From Acidimicrobiia bacterium (GTDB lineage: Bacteria; Actinomycetota; Acidimicrobiia; Acidimicrobiales; Hopanoidiivorantaceae), in the NCBI GenBank assembly GCA_020027305.1, contig JAHRAM010000026.1, positions 1 to 34,660 of the forward strand: a stretch of DNA of 34,660 nt, in the 5' to 3' direction. Both the position numbers and the translations under genes were made by a program. Shown one piece after another: positions 1 through 7,215 of the stretch. How positions within the stretch are numbered: position 1 is the stretch's first letter; the number at the start of each line of letters is the position of its first letter. A model generated the notes under the pieces. That model had not been told where the DNA came from. It saw only the letters and a program-made list of their open reading frames with translations, and made no database searches.

Positions 1-179
1 CGATTTTCCCCTTGGTTCGCCTAATTTTTGAATAGACGGTTTTTGAATTTTTGAGATCATTTCTAGTTCAATTTCATTGACAATTAAATAATCGACAACA
101 ACTCAAGTGTGGAAATGAACCTTCATACGTCTATCAAGGAAATCCCACAGCTCTATGTGATAGGAATCAAAGTCGTTTT

Positions 180-1211
180 ATGCCACTTGTAAATGTAAAT
201 GAGATTTTTTCAGGTGGCCCGCCCCCAGATGGAATTCCTCCGATTGATGAGCCAAAATATTTAAAGGTTGCTGACGTAGATTTTCTTTCTGATACTGAGC
301 CAGTTATTTCGCTAACTATAAATAATGACACACGTGCCTTCCCTGTTCAAATTATGACTTGGCACGAGATAGTCAACACCACTATGGGAGGAGTGCCCGT
401 TACAGTCACATATTGCCCGCTATGCAATTCTTCTGTTGCTTATGATAGGAGAATTGGCGATATCGTATATGATTTCGGCACTTCAGGTAGCCTTTATAAC
501 TCTTCACTTGTAATGTATGACCGCCAAAGTGGGACTTTATGGACACATTTTGATGGGCGAGCAGTGGTGGGAGACTTGGAAGGCACAAAGTTAAAGTTTT
601 TTCCAGTAGCTATCGTGTCGTTTGGGCAATGGAAAGAACAAAACCCAAATGGGCAAGTGCTAGATAAGGTATTTCTTGGTGGTCGTCCAATTCGAAATTA
701 TGGGCAAAATCCATACGTTGGCTATTTAGAAGATCCAGATTTGTTGAGCAGAACCTTTATTGAGGGTGAGATTGACAATCGTCTTCCAATAAAAGAGCTT
801 GTAATTGGTGTTCGGTCAGGTGATTTTGCTCTTGCCATAAGGAGAGAGGATATTAAAAAGACCAGTGTGATAAATGTAAATCTTGCGATAGGTTCAGACA
901 ATACTGAAAAGTTGGTAGCTTTTCATCAAGGTGGAACAAATTCTGCCATTGATTCAGGTGATATTTCTAGGGGCAAAGATATCGGTAGCGTAGCAGTTTA
1001 TTCTAGAAATTTAAATGGGAGAACCCTTGAATTTGAAAAAACACTAAATGGGTTTCGCGACACCACAACTGGCTCTACTTGGAATATATTAGGGCAAGCA
1101 ATAGGCGGGGAACTTGCTGGCTCCCAGCTTCAACCATATAAATATCTAGACACATTTTGGTTTGCATGGGTGCGCTTTAATCCAAAAACTACGATTTACT
1201 CCCTAAATTAA
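180..1211 (+). CDS. DUF3179 domain-containing protein
   Basis: 343-aa ORF. Motifs DGIPPIDEPKY, TWHEIVNTT, VTVTYCPLCNS and GTSGSLYNSSLVMYDRQSGTLW fit the DUF3179 family pattern as recalled, not searched. An in-frame TGA at 78-80 makes ATG 180 the first available start. No obvious signal peptide. Confidence 0.75.
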   Translation: MPLVNVNEIFSGGPPPDGIPPIDEPKYLKVADVDFLSDTEPVISLTINNDTRAFPVQIMTWHEIVNTTMGGVPVTVTYCPLCNSSVAYDRRIGDIVYDFGTSGSLYNSSLVMYDRQSGTLWTHFDGRAVVGDLEGTKLKFFPVAIVSFGQWKEQNPNGQVLDKVFLGGRPIRNYGQNPYVGYLEDPDLLSRTFIEGEIDNRLPIKELVIGVRSGDFALAIRREDIKKTSVINVNLAIGSDNTEKLVAFHQGGTNSAIDSGDISRGKDIGSVAVYSRNLNGRTLEFEKTLNGFRDTTTGSTWNILGQAIGGELAGSQLQPYKYLDTFWFAWVRFNPKTTIYSLN

Positions 1212-1434
1212 ACAAGTTTGAGTTATATTTGGCTTATCTATACTAGCTAAACTGTTTTCCTCACAACCCGCAATTTAAGAAAAAACACATTTTTTCCTTC
1301 AAATGCCAGAATTTTCTGCGTTTAGGCTATATTATTACTATATGGTTAATAGGTTTTAATAAATCCCTATGAAATCAGCGCTAAACGCAAATAAATAAAC
1401 AAGCAAAATAAATAAGTAAGAAAGGGACAGAATA

Positions 1435-1728
1435 ATGTCAGAAACACTACACAAAGAACAGCTGATTAACGCAGTTTCAGAAAAGGCTGGAGAATCGGCA
1501 GCAGCAACTGGTCGAATCATTGATGAGCTTTTTAATGTTATCGGCGACACAGTCGCTGAAGGCGGAAAGGTAGCAATCACTGGATGGGTAACATTTGAAC
1601 GTGGGCATAGAGCCGCACGACAAGGTGTAAACCCTAGAACAGGAGAAAAGATTCAAATTGCTGCTACCCACACAGCAAAAGTTAAGGTTGGTAGCAAGCT
1701 CAAGGATAGAGCCAAGAGCGGAAACTAA
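1435..1728 (+). CDS. hup: HU family nucleoid-associated DNA-binding protein
   Basis: 97-aa ORF with an HU/IHF-type sequence (KEQLINAVSEKAG..., beta-arm RAARQGVNPRTGEKIQI). A purine-rich SD (aagaaaggga) lies just upstream of the ATG. A strong intrinsic terminator follows. Confidence 0.9.
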   Translation: MSETLHKEQLINAVSEKAGESAAATGRIIDELFNVIGDTVAEGGKVAITGWVTFERGHRAARQGVNPRTGEKIQIAATHTAKVKVGSKLKDRAKSGN

Positions 1729-1749
1729 TTAGATCCCACATAAACAAGA

Positions 1750-1783
1750 CTGCCTGAGGCGTAATACCTCAGGCAGTTTTTTT
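1750..1783 (+). terminator. Rho-independent terminator downstream of hup
   Basis: Perfect 10-bp stem ctgcctgagg (1750-1759) / cctcaggcag (1767-1776), 7-nt loop cgtaata, then T7 (1777-1783). Confidence 0.85.
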
Positions 1784-1787
1784 AATT

Positions 1788-2240
1788 ATGCTACCAACAC
1801 CTGAAGAGGTCATTCCACACCGACCTCCGTTTTTATTTTTAGATGAGGTTGTAGAAATTTCCTTGGATGAACCAGTTGGCGGAAAAGGCATTTGGACACC
1901 ATCAAGCAGTGCTGAGTTTTTTTCAGGGCATTTTCCTAATCGTCCAACCCTTCCTGGAGTATTGATGGTAGAAGCCATTGCACAGCTAGGTGCTTATGTT
2001 TTGCTTTCGAATAAAGAATACGTTGGGTTGTTGCCACTTTTTGGAGGCATTGACAAAGCCCGTTTTAGACGACAAGTTTTGCCCGACACTAAATTAGAGC
2101 TTGAGATTGAGCTGTTGAGCCTATCAAAGCGGGCGGGCAAAGGGCAGGGCAGAGTTCTTGTTGAAGGGAATGAAGATCCCAAAAAAAGAATTGCCTGTGA
2201 GGCAAATTTGATGTTTGTGCTTGTGCCAGCCGAACAATAA
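1788..2240 (+). CDS. fabZ: 3-hydroxyacyl-ACP dehydratase FabZ
   Basis: 150-aa ORF with hot-dog fold FabZ motifs: IPHRPPFLFLDEV near the N-terminus and the active-site region GHFPNRPTLPGVLMVEAIAQLG. Confidence 0.85.
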   Translation: MLPTPEEVIPHRPPFLFLDEVVEISLDEPVGGKGIWTPSSSAEFFSGHFPNRPTLPGVLMVEAIAQLGAYVLLSNKEYVGLLPLFGGIDKARFRRQVLPDTKLELEIELLSLSKRAGKGQGRVLVEGNEDPKKRIACEANLMFVLVPAEQ

Positions 2241-2309
2241 AGAGTCAAAGATAAGTTGAAGGCTGTAAGTCTAAGCAAGAATTAAAATTAGGTTAGCTTG
2301 ATTTAAAAA

Positions 2310-3491
2310 TCACGCTGGCCCAAAAATCACGCTGGCGTTGTGCCCGCCAAAGCCAAAGGAGTTTGAGATTATTGGCCCTGGTTCCCAATCCTGTGGCTCT
2401 TTTTGAACGATGTTTATTTCAGGAAGATCTGGGTCTCTTTCTTCAAACCCAAATGTAGGTGGCAACTGTTTATTTTGAATGGAAAGAATAGATGCCACAG
2501 CCTCAAGTGAGCCAGAGGCTCCTAAGGCGTGCCCTGTTATGCCTTTGATAGACGTTGCAGGCGGGTTGTCTTGCCCGAAAACTTTTGCAATTGCTTCAGC
2601 TTCACAGGCGTCATTTAGGGGAGTTGAAGTTCCATGAGCGTTGATATGCTTTATTTCATCAGGCTTCATATTTGCACTTTCTAAGGCCAGTTCCATACAG
2701 GCAGCTGCGCCTACACCTTGAGGTGATGGGGCAGTGATGTGGTGAGCGTCTTCATTTGTGCCGTATCCATGAATTTCGCCAAGGATTTTTGCACCGCGTG
2801 CCTCAGCGTGAGAAAGCTCTTCCAAAATCAAAATTCCACATCCCTCAGATTGAAGGAAGCCATCTCGGCGCTTGTCAAATGGGCGAGATATTCCCTCACG
2901 TGAAGTAGCAGTCATGTTTATGAACGCTTGAATACCAAGTGAGGTATTAGAGGCTTCAGCTGAGCCAGCCACCATTGCATCAGCTCGCCCGCCCAAAATA
3001 GCAAGATAGGCATTACCAATTGATTGAGTACCAGTTGTACAAGCGGTGGTTGTGGTTTCACAAGGGCCTTGAAATCCATAACGGATTGAAATAGCAGCAG
3101 CAGCAGCATTTGGCATCATCATTGGAATTAAAAATGGGCTAACTCGGCGGGGGCCTTTTTCTCTGAAAACCTCTGCTTGGATTTCAATTGACTCCAATCC
3201 TCCCACGCCTGTTCCAACATGTACCCCAATACGTGCAGGATTAGATTTTAGGAAGCTTTCCCCAGCTTGGTCTAAAGCCTGAGTGACGGTAGCTAAAGCA
3301 AATTGTGCAAAGCGATCTTGACGCCTTGCTTCTTTAGGGGTGTCAAAGAATGGTTCGGGGTCAAAATTTCGTATCTGGCGGTCTGGGCTATCTGGCGCGG
3401 AATGGCAAAGCGCCTCCCAAAACTCATCTTGTGAAAGCCCACAATTTGCAATAACCCCCATCCCTGTGACAACAACACGCCGATTATCCAT
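2310..3491 (-). CDS. fabF: beta-ketoacyl-ACP synthase II
   Basis: 393-aa ORF with KAS motifs: the active-site Cys context TTTACTTGTQSIG, HITAP, NAHGTSTPLND and the C-terminal SNSFGFGGHNASVIF. It lies directly downstream of acpP. Confidence 0.93.
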   Translation of the reverse strand: MDNRRVVVTGMGVIANCGLSQDEFWEALCHSAPDSPDRQIRNFDPEPFFDTPKEARRQDRFAQFALATVTQALDQAGESFLKSNPARIGVHVGTGVGGLESIEIQAEVFREKGPRRVSPFLIPMMMPNAAAAAISIRYGFQGPCETTTTACTTGTQSIGNAYLAILGGRADAMVAGSAEASNTSLGIQAFINMTATSREGISRPFDKRRDGFLQSEGCGILILEELSHAEARGAKILGEIHGYGTNEDAHHITAPSPQGVGAAACMELALESANMKPDEIKHINAHGTSTPLNDACEAEAIAKVFGQDNPPATSIKGITGHALGASGSLEAVASILSIQNKQLPPTFGFEERDPDLPEINIVQKEPQDWEPGPIISNSFGFGGHNASVIFGPA

Positions 3492-3622
3492 GTTGTTTGT
3501 CGCACATATTATTATCAGGCTTATTATTGCGCTCGCCTTTTTTGTGGGAGCCTATTACAATCAATTTAGTTAGCTTGTTTGGATGAAGTGGTAACAATAG
3601 TTGCCTTAAATTTTAAGTTGAT

Positions 3623-3859
3623 TTAAAGTTTTGATTTGATAAGGTCAAATGCTGCTCCCACAGTTGTGACATTTTCAAGCTCGCTCTCTTCAACTTTTAT
3701 GTCAAACTCATCTTCCATTGCCATAACAACTTCAACTAGGTCAAGGCTGTCAGCATTCAAATCATCTTCAAACTTTGCCTCAAGGGTGATTTGATCGGGC
3801 TCTACTGAAAGAACTTCAGCGGTAAGTTCTTGAAACTTTGTGAAATGTTCATTGCTCAT
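3623..3859 (-). CDS. acpP: acyl carrier protein
   Basis: 78-aa acidic ORF with the phosphopantetheine attachment motif LNADSLDLVEVVMAMEDEF. SD aaggagatt lies upstream of the ATG on the minus strand. Confidence 0.93.
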   Translation of the reverse strand: MSNEHFTKFQELTAEVLSVEPDQITLEAKFEDDLNADSLDLVEVVMAMEDEFDIKVEESELENVTTVGAAFDLIKSKL

Positions 3860-3919
3860 TTTAATCTCCTTATTTATTTTTCGGTCCGTTTAGTTTGATA
3901 TTAATTTTAGCATTTTCTT

Positions 3920-4654
3920 TTAAGCGCCCATGCTAGCTCCGCCATCTACGGGGATTATTGCACCTGTAATATAGGCAGCCTCTTTGCTGGCAAGAAAGTT
4001 AACTAGGTGAGCAACTTCGTCTGGGCTTCCGAGCCGATTGAGTGGGACAATACTTAATATGTCTTCTATTTGTTTGTCGTTTAAGGCTGCCAGCATGTCG
4101 GTGCTGATTGGCCCTGGCGTCACCACATTAACCGTGATGGAACGAGAGGCAAATTCTTTTGCCAACGAGCGAGCCATCCCAAAAATGCCAGCTTTAGAAG
4201 CAGCATAGTTGGCTTGCCCAGCAGCACCACCAAGACCGACAACTGAAGAGATAAAAATAATCCGCCCAGCTTTTGCCCGTGACATGTTTTTTAGCGCACG
4301 GCGAGCTACACGAAAGCCGCCGGTAAGGTTCACATTTAATATGTCTTGAAAGTTTTCATCAGACATTCTAAGTGAAAGCCCATCAGCAGCCATTCCAGCG
4401 TTTGAAACCAGCACGGTTGGTGCGCCAAGATTTTGTTCAATGTCATCAAAAGCTGCTTCTACCTCATCGGTATTTGAAACATCGCATTTCACACTATATA
4501 GTTCTGAGTTCTCAGGTGGCGCCGAACGATAAGTGATTGCAACTTTATGCCCGCTGGCAAGCAGTGTCTCAGCACAAGCTAATCCAATTCCACGATTTCC
4601 ACCAGTTACGAGCGCGACTTTGTCTACGGTTTTATCAGGGCTATCGTTGGGCAT
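3920..4654 (-). CDS. fabG: 3-oxoacyl-ACP reductase (MabA/FabG1-like SDR)
   Basis: 244-aa ORF with VTGGNRGIGLA, NAG, the YAASKAG catalytic motif and the C-terminal PVDGG. From memory it is co-linear with mycobacterial MabA. Confidence 0.9.
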   Translation of the reverse strand: MPNDSPDKTVDKVALVTGGNRGIGLACAETLLASGHKVAITYRSAPPENSELYSVKCDVSNTDEVEAAFDDIEQNLGAPTVLVSNAGMAADGLSLRMSDENFQDILNVNLTGGFRVARRALKNMSRAKAGRIIFISSVVGLGGAAGQANYAASKAGIFGMARSLAKEFASRSITVNVVTPGPISTDMLAALNDKQIEDILSIVPLNRLGSPDEVAHLVNFLASKEAAYITGAIIPVDGGASMGA

Positions 4655-4690
4655 CTATTTATTTATCTAGCAACAGTGTTTGATAGGTGT

Positions 4691-5623
4691 TTAAGGTGTG
4701 TAGCCCCAGCGAAGCAAGGCACTTGCTGCTGACATTCCAGCTCCAAAGCCAACCGTCAAAACAATATCGCCTTTTTTAAGGCGTCCTTTGTCTAGGGCGT
4801 GTGCCATTGTTAGTGGAATGGATGCAGTTGAGACATTTCCTGTCCAAGCAATTGTTTCAACGACTTTTTCTGGGTCAATTCCCAAGCGGTCGGTGGCTGC
4901 AGAAATGATTCGAGTGTTTGCTTGGTGGGGAATCATCACAGATACATCATCAATTGTCATGCCAGCTTTTTTAAGTGTGGCGTTAGAGGATTCCACGATG
5001 ATTTGAACAGCTTGGCGAAAGACTTCCTTGCCTTCCATATAGATGTATCCGCCGATTTCACAATTTAATATTGGTTCTAAGCTACCATCAGTTGAAAGTG
5101 TATAGCTCAGCAGTTCACTTTCATCGGGGGTTGCCTCAAGCACGACTGCTCCTGCTCCATCCCCAAACAAAACAGCTGTTGAGCGGTCAGACATATCAGT
5201 TATTTTTGATAGCTGTTCAGTGCCGATTAGCAAAACTTTTTCATCATCTGAGCGGATTAGCCCACCTGCTAAGACCATTCCATAAACAAACCCAGCACAT
5301 GCTGCGTTCACGTCAAAGGCTCCACCAGTGAACCCAAGCTCATTTGAAATGCGAGCAGCGGTTCCAGGCAAACTTCTATGGGGGCTAGAAGTGGCAAGTA
5401 CCATCGTGTCGATTTGTGAGGGGTGAAGTGATGCTTTTTCTAAGGCTTCACGAGCAGCATCTCTGCCGAGTTCCCAGACAGATGACCCGATGCGTCTTTC
5501 TTTAATTCCTGTTCTCGCAGTAATCCACTCATCTGAGGTATCAAGAGTTTTTGCGAAGTCATCATTTGTGACGACTTTTTCAGGAAGGGCAGTTCCGAGC
5601 CCAGTTATGTGAAAGCCTTTCAT
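4691..5623 (-). CDS. fabH: beta-ketoacyl-ACP synthase III
   Basis: 310-aa ORF with TSDEWITARTGIKERR, the active-site NAACAGF, HQAN and GFGAG motifs. SD aaggagaaaat lies upstream. Confidence 0.93.
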   Translation of the reverse strand: MKGFHITGLGTALPEKVVTNDDFAKTLDTSDEWITARTGIKERRIGSSVWELGRDAAREALEKASLHPSQIDTMVLATSSPHRSLPGTAARISNELGFTGGAFDVNAACAGFVYGMVLAGGLIRSDDEKVLLIGTEQLSKITDMSDRSTAVLFGDGAGAVVLEATPDESELLSYTLSTDGSLEPILNCEIGGYIYMEGKEVFRQAVQIIVESSNATLKKAGMTIDDVSVMIPHQANTRIISAATDRLGIDPEKVVETIAWTGNVSTASIPLTMAHALDKGRLKKGDIVLTVGFGAGMSAASALLRWGYTP

Positions 5624-5640
5624 ATTTTCTCCTTAATTAA

Positions 5641-6879
5641 TTAGTCTAGCGGTTGGGTTTGAAGCCATACTAATGGTTGATTAGCTTCAACGCGTTCATC
5701 GGCTGTGGCTAAATAGCCCATTATTGTGCCAGAAAAAGGCGACTTGACTTCGTCATCTGACACGGTGCCGATAGTTTCACCAGTTTTAATCCTGCTTCCT
5801 AGTTCTAAATCGGGTTCGGGGGTGAATACCCCTGCTCGTGGGCTGACCACAATTCGTTCGGTGGCATAGAGGTGCTCACCTTGATCTTCTGTTAATGTGG
5901 TACTTTTGGTTGTGGTGCTACTGCTTACCGTTTTTTTTGACTCGCTTCGTGTGTCTAGAGTAGCAAGTAGCTTGTCAATATCGTCAGGATGATTGACAGC
6001 TAGCAGGTTAAAATTTGCTCCTTCCACTCGTTTTGCCATAGCAGTGAGTGCCTTTCCTGCCCCCAGTTCAACGATTTGGGTGACGCCGTCATCAAGCATT
6101 TGTTTGAGGATGGAATGCCAAAGCACTGGGCTGGTGAGTTGTTTTGAGATTAGTTCTGAAAATGGATTTGCATGGTCATAGAGCTTGGCGTCAACATTGG
6201 CATAGATAGGGGAGTCGGGATTTCTAAAATCAATTTTGTCAAGAGCTTTTGCGAGTCGCTCGCCAGCTGATTCCATAAAGGGAGTGTGAAATGCCCCGCC
6301 AACTTTTAGGGGCATAGTCTTTTTGGCGCCCGCCTTGCTGGCTTGTTCGCTGGCTTCATCAATTCCAGTTTGGCTACCGGCAATTACTACTTGACCAGGA
6401 GCGTTATAGTTGGCGACCCAAACTTGATTTTTGGTGCCTGTGCGAATGTTCTCACACACCTCTTCTACAGTTTTATCGTCTAGACCCAGCACGGCAGCCA
6501 TAGTTCCTGGGTTTTCTTCAGATGCCATTTGCATTGCCTCGCCTCGTTCAGCAACCAACTGAGAAGCATCTGTTAGGCTGAGAACTCCAGAAGCAGCAAG
6601 TGCAGAAAATTCCCCGAGGCTGTGGCCAGCATGGCAATTTGGGGCAAGCCCCACCCTAGCAATGGCATCCATCACCACCATAGACAGTGAAAAAGAGGCG
6701 AGTTGAGAGTTTCTAGTTTGCCGAAGCTCTTCAGCATCAGCAGTCAATAGAAGGTGAGCGACATCACGGTTGGTAGCTTCACTGATTTCGGTTATTGTCT
6801 CCCATGCAGGGTGGCTAGCCCAAGCTACACCCATCTCAGGTGCCTGAGACCCTTGCCCAGGATAAGTAAATGCAATCAA
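5641..6879 (-). CDS. fabD: malonyl-CoA:ACP transacylase fused to a C-terminal lipoyl/biotinyl-like domain
   Basis: 412-aa ORF with a TTG start and a gaggag SD upstream. Residues 1-305 are typical FabD (FTYPGQGSQ, GHSLGEFSALAASG, VGGAFHTP). A Ser/Thr-rich linker (aa 311-337) follows, then about 75 aa resembling a barrel-sandwich hybrid domain (see findings). Confidence 0.9.
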   Translation of the reverse strand: MIAFTYPGQGSQAPEMGVAWASHPAWETITEISEATNRDVAHLLLTADAEELRQTRNSQLASFSLSMVVMDAIARVGLAPNCHAGHSLGEFSALAASGVLSLTDASQLVAERGEAMQMASEENPGTMAAVLGLDDKTVEEVCENIRTGTKNQVWVANYNAPGQVVIAGSQTGIDEASEQASKAGAKKTMPLKVGGAFHTPFMESAGERLAKALDKIDFRNPDSPIYANVDAKLYDHANPFSELISKQLTSPVLWHSILKQMLDDGVTQIVELGAGKALTAMAKRVEGANFNLLAVNHPDDIDKLLATLDTRSESKKTVSSSTTTKSTTLTEDQGEHLYATERIVVSPRAGVFTPEPDLELGSRIKTGETIGTVSDDEVKSPFSGTIMGYLATADERVEANQPLVWLQTQPLD

Positions 6880-7058
6880 TTCCCAGCTCCTCTCTCTGGT
6901 TAGATTAATTAAATTGGTTAACTAAAATTATTTGGTCAAAAACGAAGTAGCAGAACTATATTTGTTATATAAAAATAGTAAGACACTCACATATATTTTA
7001 GACTAAATTTTACTAGCATCGCTAGTTTTTGTAAAACGAGTGATTTTACTTACAATTT

Positions 7059-7141
7059 GCCCGGGTGGCGGAATTGGTAGACGCGGAGGACTCAAACTCC
7101 TCTGGCTTTTAGCTGTGCGGGTTCGAGTCCCGCCCCGGGCA
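7059..7141 (+). tRNA. tRNA-Leu (anticodon CAA), type II with long variable arm
   Basis: Manual fold. Acceptor gcccggg/cccgggc with discriminator A. Anticodon stem gagga/tcctc with loop ctCAAac. Variable arm ggc-tttta-gct. T-arm gcggg-ttcgagt-cccgc. CCA is not encoded. Confidence 0.93.
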
Positions 7142-7215
7142 CACTTATGTGTTAAACATATTTCAAGCTATCTCTTTCAAATCTTGTCGGTGGTGAGATG
7201 TAGGCTTAGAGATAG

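Noticed and set aside
1-60. Possible start of a minus-strand gene leaving the window (rc reads ATG ATC TCA AAA ATT CAA AAA CCG ... = MISKIQKPSIQKLGEPRGKS)
   Set aside because: Only 20 codons are visible, with no motif and no clear SD. This is not enough evidence to call a CDS.
7059-7215. tRNA-Leu as an integration hotspot for a genomic island or prophage
   Set aside because: No integrase, no direct repeat of the tRNA 3' end and no foreign-looking genes are present nearby. The flanking genes are the fab operon and polA.
7168-7215. 8-bp inverted repeat ctatctct (7168-7175) / agagatag (7208-7215) abutting the polA start codon
   Set aside because: The stem is short and the loop is 32 nt in an AT-rich context. 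It could occur by chance and has no supporting features.
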